Positions 10,787 through 22,800 of a DNA stretch of 58,906 bases are shown piece after piece. Where the stretch lies: positions 1 to 58,906 of the forward strand of contig LT635917.1 of NCBI GenBank assembly GCA_900128565.1, read 5' to 3'. The notes beneath the pieces are model-generated. The model was given only the letters and a program-made list of their open reading frames with translations, had not been told where the DNA came from and made no database searches. Within the stretch, counting starts at the first letter, position 1, and each line of letters starts with the position of its first letter. The stretch is from Stramenopiles sp. TOSAG23-6 (taxonomy: Eukaryota). Position numbers and translations under genes: made by a program.

Positions 10787-12675
10787 ATGTATATACCCAA
10801 AGTAGCAAATATTAAAAAGCTTGTTGAAAACCCAGCATGTGTAGTCCAAGATATGATTGACGGATTAATTGAACTCAACCCCAATACCCGCCGTTTAGAT
10901 GGTTTCCCTGAAATCAAAGTTGTTGTTCGTGCTGACTGGTGTATTAAAAACAACAAAGTTGCAATAATATCAGGTGGTGGTAGTGGACATGAACCCGCGC
11001 ACATTGGCTTTGTTGGTCAAGGAATGTTAACTGCTGCTGTAGCTGGTGAAATATTCGCAAGTCCCTCAGCGGATGCAGTATTGGCTGCTATTCGTGCTGT
11101 CACTGGCAAGGCTGGAGTTTTACTCATTGTGAAAAACTACACCGGGGACCGCTTAAACTTTGGTCTTGCGGCTGAAATGGCAAAGGCAGAAGGATACAAT
11201 GTTGATATAGTGGTGGTACGTGACGATGCAGCGCTAGAAGGAGATAAACAACGGGGTATTGCAGGGACAGTATTAGTTCATAAAATTGCTGGGGCTTGTG
11301 CTGAAGAAGGCAAATCACTCGCAAGAGTGCGCGAAGTAGCCGCAGAAGCTGCATCACGGGTATATTCAATGGGCGTTGCTCTCAGCACATGCACGAAACC
11401 GGGACAAAATATAAAAACACAGGAGGATAGATTAGCGAATGGAGAGATGGAGCTTGGTATGGGTATGTATGTTTTATTATTTTCAATTTCGATTTTTTTT
11501 CGTACGAAATTTTGTACCTAACAAAAATATTGAATGTAAAATATTTTTCAAAATACATACACGGAGAGCGAGGACGAGGTCGTTCGAATATGCTCCCAGT
11601 GAGTCGTATTTGTACAGTTCTATTAGATACAATATTAGAAAAAATGGAAAACACGACATTTGGGTCAGTTGTTTTAATAAATAATCTAGGAGGTGCAACC
11701 GCGATGGAAATTGCAGTTGTTGCTAAATTTCTTATGGCAGATTTACGAAGCAGAGAATTTCGAGTTTCTCATTTAATTTCTGGTCGATTGATGTCTGCAC
11801 TTGACATGCAAGGTGTTTCTGTCAGTATTCTTCCTCTATCTCGTGAAACTGCGTCATTCATTGAAAGTTACACAGATGCTCCTGGTTGGCCACGAGTTGC
11901 TAAGTTAGCGTCTTCACAGCGTTGTCCTCAAGAAAATTCAATTTCAATTCCAGAGTTCACTACTACAGAAAATATGTATGAAATCCAAAATATGGAAACT
12001 ATAGCACCTCATATTGAATTATTACAAAAAACAATTCGTGCTGTCGCTGAGTCTGTTATATCAAAAGAAGCTATGTTGACACATTGGGATGGTATTGTAG
12101 GCGATGGTGACTGTGGTACTACTTTAAAATTTGGATTTGAATCAGTACTCAATGATTTACCTAGCTATCCTTTGTTATATCCTAAAGGTGCATCTTTAGT
12201 TATGAGAGCTCTTAGTAGATCTCTTAGAGGTATGGGTGGCTCTTCCGGGGCTCTATATGCTATTGGTCTCTCTGCTGCAGAACGTTCGATGTCAAGTGAC
12301 GAAAATCTAGACGAAACAAATATGCAAATGCAAAACTTTTGCTACTGGGTCAGAGCACTTCGCTCAGCGATTCATGCTATAATGTCTCATGGTGGAGCTA
12401 AACTCGGTGATCGCACAATGTTGGATGCTTTATTGCCAGCCATAGATGTTTTGGAGTTGGCAATTGAAAGCAATAATACTTCAGACTGGAAGAAAGCTGT
12501 TAGTGCTTCGGCATCTGCGGCTGAAATTGGAGCGCATTCCACCAAATCAATTCATATTGCTGGTGCTGGAAGGTCCGCATACATTGAACAATCTCATTTA
12601 GGAGGAATTCCTGATCCTGGTGCTATGGCTATTTCCTACATAATGAAAGCAATATCAGACTCTCTTATTTTATAG
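10787..12675 (+). CDS. DAK1: Dihydroxyacetone kinase / triokinase (DAK1+DAK2 domains); exons 10787-11466, 11559-12675
   Basis: SGGGSGHEPAH, VKNYTGDRLNF, ELGMGIHGE (across the junction), GDGDCG, GDRTMLDAL, GRSAY, PDPGA. Confidence 0.95.
11467..11558 (+). other. Family intron, GT-AT, 92 nt
   Basis: GGT AT|GTATGTTTT...TTTTGTACCTAAC...AAAATACAT|A CAC GGA GAG restores GIHGE. Confidence 0.93.
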
Positions 12676-12971
12676 TTAAAAAAATCATTTTTATTCATAT
12701 TGAGTTTTAGAGGTTGTTTATATTTTGTAATAGTTTGAAATTTTATTGTTTTTGTTTCGAAGGAAGTAGAAATGTTTTTAGTAGGTAAATATAAACACAT
12801 AAAAAAAAATTGGAGAGGAGAGGGGGGTTTTCTCTTTTTTCGGAGATTATTCAGTTACATCTTACTACAGTAGATAGTCAAAAGATATCCTATCAATTGC
12901 AGCTTTGTTAAGTAAAAAAGAACATCGAAGAACAAAGGAATGAACTAACTACTCACTAGGCGAGACCAATA

Positions 12972-15900
12972 ATGAAGATATCTTTGATTGAAGAACAACT
13001 AGCTACTTGCAGCTTATTGCCAGGTTGGACAGAATCAGAAAATGCAGACGGTGAAAAATACTACATTCATGAAACTACTGGGGAGACATCCCTAGACGCA
13101 CCGACGTTACTCGAAAGAGTAATTGAAGGAGCAAAGGCTAGTGCCCCATTAAAAGACGGTTGGATTCAAAGCCACGATCATGAAGAAGATGTTTATTTCA
13201 TACATGATGTATCAGCTGTGAAATCTTGGGATAGACCGACTGATCTTGAAAAGCCTATTGAGACGTCTAGGGCTACATCGTCTCACTCTAAAAGTGAGTT
13301 TCCTTCTGGTACAACTTCTCGTGGAACAAAAGGTTCACTCCCAACTTTAGCAAGTATAACATTGGCCTCAAAAGTGCGATCAAATGCATTGAGCTTGCAA
13401 TCAATAGTTGATAACAAGCATGCTTTTGTCCAGGGCTTTGACCCCAAAACAAATGAAATGTATTACCATAACAACGAAACAGGTGAGAATCAGTCAGAGG
13501 AACCTGTAAACTATGTGACATTTCTGGATGATCTACATATGTTTGCAGTCATGAAAATACAATGCATGTTTAGAATGCATAAAGCAAGAAATATAGCTAA
13601 ACAAAGACGGAATAAACATATTTCAAATGAAGGTTTGGACAATGTAGCGAAAAGTAGAAATTTTTGGAAAGATCGCGAAACTGCAAAGAAAGAAATAGCA
13701 AAGGCAAAATACTCTGCAAAATCTAAAGAGCAAAAAATCAAAGAAAGAAAACTACGCAAAATACAATTGAAAGACCGATCAATAGAAGAAAACATCGAAA
13801 AGATGGAAACTTTGCATTCTGAAAAAGAAAAAGAGTTGCGTCTGAAAGAAAAAGAATCAAAAAGATTGATTGAGGCAGCAAATGCAATTCGATCTCGATC
13901 AGACGAAGCTGCAGGAGTTGTCGAAGTCACAGACGAAGGCCCATTGAGAGAAGAAGCAATCATTGAAGCAAAAAAGTTATTGAAACGGGCAAATTTTGCA
14001 GAGAAAGAGTCAAATGAAGCACAAGAAGAAGTAAAAATTGCAGCTGATGAACTTTTTATGGCTGTAAATAAACTTCTTCATGCAAGAAAGGCAAAAATTG
14101 CAATCAAATTACTCCGTATACGAAAAGACAGAATGATAGCTGAACGTACATTAAAAGAAATACACGGATCGTGCATTCCAAAAATCAGTGACGCTGAAAT
14201 AGCAGCACAGAGGTCGGTAAAAACACACGGGAAATGGAAACGGGCTCGTCGATCAATGTCAGGGCAGCTTGTCGCTTTGAAAAAGATGGGAATAGCTCAT
14301 GCGAATGCGGAGCGCATATTGAGAGGAAAAACAAATAAAATACTTGTAGAATCTAAAAACATTGAGATGGTTTCCATAGAAAAAAACAAAGCAATAAACA
14401 TAGAAAGAAAAATTCATGTACAATACCAAGACATTGGTGTCGAGATGGCCAAACTTAGTGTAGAAGAAGCATGGAAACGTTGCGAAGTAGCTAAATCAGT
14501 TGTGGCTTCACTTGATGCATTTCGTGACACAGATAGCAATGCCAAATTGAAAGAAATTTATGATGCTGATGCCGATCTTAAAGAAAAAAATGCAAAATGG
14601 GAAAAATTACATATTCTTTTTAGTCTTGCAAAACAAAGTTTTAAAGACACTACAAAAGCTGTTGAGGAATCCTTAGAATTCACAGAATCGGAAATGAAAT
14701 CACACAAAGATCGTTGGATCGATTTTGACACTTCTGCAATTGGTACAAACCAGCATTCAAAATTTGAAATAGGAATTATTCAAGTATTCCTCAAATCAGT
14801 ATTGAAATGCCAGGCTAGATTTCGAGGAAATAAAGGAAGAAAAAAATTTAAAGCTTTACAAGCTGATGAGCAAATACGTCTAGATGAAGAAGTATTTAGT
14901 TTTCTGATGGATATTCCATTCATGTCGGAGGTTTCACAAGATAATTTGTCCAAGTTTACATCGGAAATTGCAGTAAAAAGGTTCAGAAAAAATGAAAATC
15001 TCGTGACCGAAGGAAATACCTGTACGATCCAAGGTGATACAGGAACTTTCTTTTTTATCATGAAAGGAGAAGGTAAATTGTTTATTGGTGAAAAAGAAAT
15101 TATCACCTTAACAAATGGAAACTATTTTGGGGAAGAATTCATTTTTGGCCACATAAAACGATTGTGTACCGTTGTTGCTTTCAGCAGTTCAGTGACATGT
15201 ATATGTGCATCCTTAAGTACAATGAAAGAATTAATCAAAATCTCACCAAAAATGAAAATGTCTATTGAAGCTGAAGGAAGACGCTTACGCTCATTTCGGC
15301 GGCCTATAGAATATTTAGTTGAACACCTACCTATGTTTGCGTCTCTTACGCAGCAACAAAAAGAAAAAGTAGACGCAGCAGCTCATCGATTGTCATTTAA
15401 CGACGATGTACATATTATTGATGAGGGAGATGAAATCGATGATACATCTAAATTTTACATAATTGAGTCTGGATTTGTCAGATGTGAAAAAGTCTTAGTA
15501 CAAGGACTTCCCCCACAAGCTTTAGATACATTACGGGGTAGCCAATTTTTTGGTCAAAGAGCTTTCATTGGGCATGGTGTCCGACTATCAGGGGTGATTG
15601 AACGCACAGTTACATGTATTACAGAAGGAACGGTTTTGTGTATTGCAATTGATAAGCCAACGTTTACATCTATTTTTGCTTCTGACCATCCTGATATTCT
15701 AGCTGCAGAGCAAATGTACGAACTTTCAAATGCTCACAATTCGCTGTCAAAAGAGGAGTTGATGGAAAAACGACTGAAGGAGCATATTCAAAAAGAAATG
15801 GAAATTTATAAAAGATCTTTAGAGATACAAGACAACGAAGACTTATTAGAAGAAGAGGAAATGAGACTTCGAGAACTAAAGATAATGCAGGAAGAAGATA

Positions 15901-17565
15901 GGCTTAGTGCAGCGAATGAGAGAATGCTAAGAAAACGCGTTGCCAAACGTTGGAAAAATCAACATATGACGAAAATGAGGGAAATGTGGAAATCTAATAC
16001 AGAAAGCATTAAAAAAAAACAGTTGGAAGACGCTCGAAAACGCAAAGAAGCTGAACGACAAAGACGTATTGAAGTAGCAAATCGTGAGCACAATGAATGT
16101 TTACAAATGAGAATAGAAGAACATGCACAGTGTAATTGTGGTGATTTGTTCTGGGGCATCGAATTACTAAAGGAAATGATTAGAGATGAATTTGCTGCAG
16201 CACAATCTCATAGAAATAGAATTAATCAAAGAGTCAAAGAAAAACAACACGTTAAATGGCATCACGAATTGCGTCGCAGAAAGAAAGACAAGGCAGAGAA
16301 ATTGGCTGCTGTGTACGCATCGCGACATCGTAATTATATGAATAGATTCTGGAAATCTAAGAACTCGGCGGATATCATTGCTCATAATTGGACTCGCCAA
16401 AAATCAGATGAGAAGATAATAAAAAAACTAGTTTCTGGACCAGTAGGTTTCATTATTCCCATAGATGAACCTTCCCCATTAGATGCGATTCTACCTGATC
16501 TTAAAGGTCGCCCAATGACTGTAATTCCACAACGTGCACGTCGATTACAATCAGTTCACAATGAAAATGTTGATGTCTACTTACCCCCCTTACTTGCAAT
16601 TACACGTTCTTCTCCTAACCCGGCGGACCTGCCTCCAGACACGGTTAGAAGTATCGAAAAAGATGTGTATAGCCCTAGAGTGCGGAGTAGACGAGGTTAT
16701 ACCACGTACAGTAGAAACCCTAAATGGAGGGACGGATTTCGAAGCAGAGCTGAAACATCACGAAAGTCCAAAGATGTTAAGAGTAGGATGTTACACAAGA
16801 GAGCAGCAACATCACGTGCTAAACTCAACACAACCGCGACATTAAAGTCTCCACCGGCATCGCCCACAGCAATACCACAAAATATAGATCTTTCCGTAGA
16901 CATTCCAAAAGAGCTTAAAGCTTTTGTTGAACAAGTAAATATAGTTGTCAATGAAAAAGGAACTCTTTTTGCTGCGGAGATGAATTCTTTACGCCATGCA
17001 TTATCAGATGCTGATGAAGATCAAACACAAACTACAACAGAAGCACAAATTATTAATCAATTGCGAAAGCAAGGATTAGGTATACCACGTAAGTTTGTCA
17101 CTGCAATGTTTGTATCATTAGCAAAGCTAACACATAAAAGTTCAGTAGAAGAAACGCGCATTCAGTATAATAGCCTAATAGACTGTATGAGTAAATTTGT
17201 GGTGCCGATTTCACCAAAACAAAAGAGAAACCTATTTTTGAAAGGTTTCTCAAAAATGCAGTTCGCAGTTAAAAAGGGAGTACATGTACATTTTCAAAAT
17301 TGAATTTCGAATTTCTTTTTTTGTACCAAATTTTGTACCTAACAAAAAACAATTGAAATATGTTTTGACAATACATGTCCCACCAAATGATAAATTGAAT
17401 AAACGTATTTTCAAAATGAAGTATGCGCTTGCAATCAAAGCAGGTATGAAAATAGATCATTCTGATAGCGCTAGTGGTGATGGGGTAAGTAGTATAGAAT
17501 CTGATAGTGGATCATTTTTTAATACAGTGGATGACTTACAAGCTAAAAAAAATAAAATTAAATAA
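12972..17565 (+). CDS. Large WW / IQ / coiled-coil / two cNMP-binding-domain protein; exons 12972-17285, 17377-17565
   Basis: WW-like GWTE..YYIH..T and GWIQ..YFIH..SWDRP; IQ-like IQCMFRMH and CQARFRG; cNMP-like FFFIMKGEG..GNYFGE and FYIIESG..SQFFGQRA. Confidence 0.75.
17286..17376 (+). other. Family intron, GT-AT, 91 nt
   Basis: CAT|GTACATTTTC...TTTTGTACCTAAC...GACAATACAT|GTC; no AG near the 3' end; joins two ORFs in frame. Confidence 0.8.
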
Positions 17566-17779
17566 ATTTTGACAAAACTGTTGATCCAATGTTACGATTT
17601 ATTAACGCATACGTTATTTTTATTTCTATCACTCCTTGCTTGCGCTTGAGATACGTACTATTCCAAATACTAGAGGTACTGTTAGTATCTTTTTTTGTCA
17701 ACTACAAAAGTCAAGTGGTATCGCATCATTACACTATATTTCGATACAATTAACACAAAGAGTATTTCAACTTTCTCAT

Positions 17780-19852
17780 ATGAGTGCTAACACTAATACC
17801 GCGTCGGCTGAAGCAAAATGTATTTCTTTGCCATGTTGGCCTCTCGGTGTACCACATGTTGAGAGCAGAAAGCAGCAGCCGACTCGTATAGACTTGCCTG
17901 ACACACGTAATAAAAATATACGAGCTTCTTCTTTAGATATACAGCACGATATTCCAAGACTACCTAATGCAGAGGAAGAATTTCTCCTTGAACAGGGCAT
18001 CTCACTCCCCGAAGTTGATGAAATAAGCTCTGATGTAGACAATCAAACCTGTTCATGTTGGCCACCTGGTCAACGAGTTGAATCACAAGCTGTTTCTCCA
18101 AATCCAGCGAATATTCATCAAACAAAAGACGTTGTATATAAAGGCATTCCATTGAAAGAGAAAGAATCTTACACAGATTCAGATGGTGTCGCGAAAGTTC
18201 AAGAAGAATTGTGGTTAATATTTACTTTTTATGCTATCCATGGGAAACCGCAAAAGCCCCATATGATGACAGAAAATGAATGGATTCGATTTCTTGTTGA
18301 CTGTTGGTTACTTCCCATAAGTTCGGTGAATAAAAAGTCGCTGCGTAAACGACGCTCTGTAAAATCTCAAAACTTAATGAAGGGAAAAGGATATCCCAAA
18401 TTATTGAGTCCACAGGTGGCTTGTTTATTGTATAAACGTGCTGTAAATTATCGATCCGACGGTATGTACGTTTTCATCATGAATTTTAATTTTATTTTTT
18501 TCGTACGAAATTTTGTACCTAACGATTTTTTATTTTATTTTTTTTCACAATACATGTATTTTCAAAACTTTTTGAATGCTTTGATATTCATTGGTTCGAA
18601 ACTTTATAGTAAAGAATCCAGTGACAATGGTCTTGGAAAATTAACTGCAAATGGTGCATTTTCATTAATCCTCCAGCGGCATGTTTTACCGAAATGCCTC
18701 GCACGGCGTAGAATTATTCCAGTCGTTCATGTACATTTTAATTTTAATTTCGAATTTATTTTTTTTTTCGTACCCAAATTTGTACCTAACAAAACATTTG
18801 CATATAAAATATTTTTCACAATACATCATATTCTTGCATCACACGATGTGACACAACTTTATCGATACTACAAAAATCCCCTCCTAGAAATATTTAATTT
18901 GTATACAGTGGATAAGGGAGAGTTTTTTTCTCGTATTGATGAGAGATACAAAGAAAAAAGTACAAAAAATGGTATAAAATTTAAATTGGGTGTCGGCGTG
19001 AGGACTATGGGTAACGAGAAATGGTGGAAATTTTGTAATGACTTTGGCTTATCTAAATTACTATCCCACTGTAAACTGAATGAGATTTATCTTAATGTGG
19101 GCTCCATTGTTCAAGTAAAAGACAAAATTGTACAGGAAATGTTTTTTGAAGGATTTTGGGAAGCTTTCATTAGAATATCTCAGTTGGTATATGATGACCC
19201 ATCTGCTTCATTTGGTGTTTCTTTTATACGCCAAATTCGTGCAGTATTTCTCATGATGTGGAGATCTATTGAAGAAGGTGCAAGAAATACCAGGAGAGAG
19301 TATAATTCTATACGTTGTGGAAGAAATTGTTCGGACGAAGTGAAACCTTTAGCTGCTAAAATATTTGGAGATGCATTCTTGAATGATTGGCGATCAACTA
19401 ATTTTCATGATTATGGCGAATACAAACGCCTTGGAGTTTACTCTTCGGATTGTGTTCTTTCAAGAATGACTGAAGATAATGCTCGTGTATCACTCAATAC
19501 TTCTAATATGATAAAAGAACAATTACTAATTTCTGGGCGAAATAAAACAAAGCAGATCATCGAAGACACAAAGTTTCAAAATGATTTACAAATAGGATCA
19601 GACGTTGAGCTAGCACGTTTTGTAGAGGATAGAAAAAATAGTGTTTCCGAAATAGCCAACTTTTCAAAAATAATCCCGAATGATAAATTATCGAATCACA
19701 ATGTAGATAAAAGAGGTAGAACAAAACTTGTAAATCATTCATCAAAGCAGCGACAGCTTGAATCTGTACGACTTGTAGGTAGATTACCCGGTAGAAATTT
19801 TACACCTCTAACTGAAACGGATAAAAAGGGACGATGGTCTATTTTGACATAA
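17780..19852 (+). CDS. Uncharacterised protein with degenerate EF-hand-like helices; exons 17780-18465, 18556-18730, 18827-19852
   Basis: Long ORF with repeated L..IF..Y / M...EW..F..D segments; two stop-free family introns inside. First ATG at 17780. Confidence 0.6.
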   Translation: MSANTNTASAEAKCISLPCWPLGVPHVESRKQQPTRIDLPDTRNKNIRASSLDIQHDIPRLPNAEEEFLLEQGISLPEVDEISSDVDNQTCSCWPPGQRVESQAVSPNPANIHQTKDVVYKGIPLKEKESYTDSDGVAKVQEELWLIFTFYAIHGKPQKPHMMTENEWIRFLVDCWLLPISSVNKKSLRKRRSVKSQNLMKGKGYPKLLSPQVACLLYKRAVNYRSDGMYVFIMNFNFIFFVRNFVPNDFLFYFFSQYMYFQNFLNALIFIGSKLYSKESSDNGLGKLTANGAFSLILQRHVLPKCLARRRIIPVVHVHFNFNFEFIFFFVPKFVPNKTFAYKIFFTIHHILASHDVTQLYRYYKNPLLEIFNLYTVDKGEFFSRIDERYKEKSTKNGIKFKLGVGVRTMGNEKWWKFCNDFGLSKLLSHCKLNEIYLNVGSIVQVKDKIVQEMFFEGFWEAFIRISQLVYDDPSASFGVSFIRQIRAVFLMMWRSIEEGARNTRREYNSIRCGRNCSDEVKPLAAKIFGDAFLNDWRSTNFHDYGEYKRLGVYSSDCVLSRMTEDNARVSLNTSNMIKEQLLISGRNKTKQIIEDTKFQNDLQIGSDVELARFVEDRKNSVSEIANFSKIIPNDKLSNHNVDKRGRTKLVNHSSKQRQLESVRLVGRLPGRNFTPLTETDKKGRWSILT
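18466..18555 (+). other. Family intron, GT-AT, 90 nt, in-frame and stop-free
   Basis: AT|GTACGTTTTCATC...TTCGTACGAAATTTTGTACCTAAC...CACAATACAT|G. Confidence 0.8.
18731..18826 (+). other. Family intron, GT-AT, 96 nt, in-frame and stop-free
   Basis: CAT|GTACATTTTA...AAATTTGTACCTAAC...AATATTTTTCACAATACAT|CAT. Confidence 0.8.
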
Positions 19853-19873
19853 TAAACTTTATTTACATATTAA

Positions 19874-22800
19874 TTAGTCTTGTTCACGTTCATTGCAATA
19901 TACACTAGATGACCGAACATAGATATTATGTCTCAACTTCCGTTGAGTTTGTCTGGTCGAATTATTCGCTATTTGGTTTACTTTTATTCGTTCTTTTACA
20001 TTTTGCATGAGTATACTATCCGATGATATATTTAAAGATTTTGTGTTGGTATCTGAACCACCAGACTCTTTTGAGGGGAAATAATGAACATTACCGAGTA
20101 CACTCTTTTCAATATTTTGTTGGTTATATTCTTTGGATACATTAATCTTTTTTTCTATATCTTCTTCCTTATGCTGGGCTTTTGATAATTTATTTGAGAT
20201 AATGTGATGTCGATGATGATCAATACGCTCTATATTACGTACATTACTCTTATTGTCATCACAATTATTTTCTTGTATTATGAAATCTAATCTTCTTTTA
20301 GCTTCTAAGGTTTCTTCATATTGTTGTTTTTGTATATTTAAAGATGTGGAGCAATATGGAAAGTCTCTTTTGCTGTGATACTCGTGCTTTAGCCTCTCTT
20401 TCAATACATCGACTAAAGTATTGGTTTGCTTTTCCAAGGACCTATTGGCTTCACAAGGAGAATAACATTCATCTTTTAATGCATGTATAAATTTAATTGG
20501 GAGTAGCGATGTTTTCATATTTCTATACATTTTTGCATCGATAATTTCTTTTTCGGGATCGTTTTTGTAATGATCATTAGGCTTCATCAATAAATATTCT
20601 AACATTGGATTATGATTTCTATTATCTTCTGCTTCAGCTTCAAATCGTTGAATATTAACCCATTCTGTTCGCCTATCTTTTAACTTTGATTTGTCTATTT
20701 CTTGTTGTTTATATAATGTTATATGTTTAGATGTTGTTTCTGCATGTAAACTTTCAAGCCACGCTACTGTATCGAGAGTGGTTGCATAGTCTAATACAGT
20801 GTAACCACGTGTAGTACAAAATTTGGTCGTTAGTATTTGAGACTGTGTTTGGTTTATAGCTATATTGTTTTGCAGTGAAGAGTACAAAAGTTGTGATACA
20901 TCCAGTCCCACTTGTACGCTTAAGTGGAGGGGTGTTTCCCGATTTCGATTTAAATTATCAGCATTCGCACCTGCTGTTAGAAATAATTGTATACTTTCAT
21001 ATGAATTATTCTCAGCTGCGATGTGTAAACATGAGTTCCCTTCAAGAATAAGTTCGCGAATATTAATGAGCTCGCTTATTGGCGTCCTAACAAATCCCAT
21101 ACCGTCAGGTGATTTTCGTTCGGGTGTATTTTCCATCAATTTTTTGAGTTGACATAAATTGTCCTTGTAACACGCACTAAAGAAGTCATCTGACCAAGAT
21201 CGCAAACGGGGACCAATAATCTTTGTTTTCCAGAATATCTGAATTGTTACTGCTGCTTTTCTCTTATCCTCAACATAATTTCTCATCCAAATTAATCGAA
21301 TAACTCGCTGAAATTTTACTATTGATAACTTCTTCTTTAATATGTTCATACGAAAATAATGTGTTCGGAAACAATTTATAATACGATTTGCAGCGTTTCT
21401 TCTTCTTACTGTAAATGTTTTCAATTGTAAAGATTTCTTCTTAAATGACCTCACAAGAAAGACAGCTGCATATAGTTTTTCCCGAGGCTATATGTAGAAA
21501 AAATATATCAACTTTCAAAATGTTAGTTTGTAAATTTAGAAAAATATTGAGAAAATAATGAAGATATATGAATGGGGAATATATTGTACCTTACTGCAGC
21601 TAAATGCTAATATGGAGCTACCGACTTTGTCTCCCATGAGCTTTTGATCCAAGAATTTTTTCTCCTTTTCTAATGTCCAAAGTCTATCCAAATATCCTCG
21701 TATATGTTTTTGTACTCTTGAGACATAAAATTCCGGCAATACTTTTTCAAAATTTCTTCGAGATAGATATCCTAGAATATGTGCACTAACTCTTGTTTTG
21801 AGTCGTTGATTATGAAGCGAAGTACGTATTTTCCCAGTAAACTTTGCCAAACAAAGTTTTCTATTCACACTGTCTACCACAGATGTCTCTAATAAGCCTA
21901 ACCCATTCAGCATGCGCACTCGTGTTAATTTTTTCAGTATACTATGAAAATTGTAGTATGTATTATAATTGTTCCATTTCTTTTGAATTAGCTTTGTGCT
22001 ATCTACTATAGCTTCCCGATGAAAGATGCGCCTCGTAACTTTTATCCAATGTCGTTTAGCGTTTTGAACCCTCCATATTTTGCGAATAAGTGATACTGAC
22101 TTCATCAAATGTCTTGAACGCAAAACTAGACGCCATTTTGATCCAATACAAAAACCAGCCCAGCTGGCTAATCGCAATGTTCGTCTGAGTAACAAGTATC
22201 GCACGAAAGGAGCTATTAAATCAACTACTTTAGTTTGGTGCCATGTCTGTAAGCGCTGCAAGGTATCAGTCTTTCCAAAAAACATTGTCATACCAAGAGC
22301 CCAAGAACAGTGTTTTACTTTTTTCCCTCTAGAATCAATCAACTGTGGTTTAGGTAAAGCTTCCTCTGCGAGTATTCTACAAGCTTCTTTAGGATCAGTT
22401 TCGGCATTTACATTATTCAAAAATTTAAAGTATCCCAGTTTTGCAGCCCGATTAATACAAAATGTCTGGTATTTTTCTCTGAATGGAAATCCTTCTCGCT
22501 TGATAGTGCACACATCCATAATACCTGAAAATAATAGTTGCCGGTACACTTTGAAGTAGTTATATGATGCAACACCATCTATTGGCCGAAAGTGTATGTC
22601 ATTAGGTTTGATACATCGGAGATACCAAGGATTTGTGTGATGCAATGTATATGCAAGGTTCTTTAACTGTGACATGTATTGACTTGTCATTGTCTTGTGT
22701 TGATTCTTATGTCGTTTCTTATTGTACAAATCTGAAATATACGAGATACTGCTATTCCGGAGTAAATCTAGAAGTTGCGGAGGTACTTTGTCCTTATTTT

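Noticed and set aside
11465-11556. Reading the family as AT-AC (U12-type) introns by shifting 2 nt
   Set aside because: It gives the same mRNA for AT/AT copies, but the U12 donor RTATCCTT and branch TCCTTAAC are absent. Six copies lack the upstream AT, and the shift gives worse residues in PEX19 and TOP2. Not formally excluded without lariat data.
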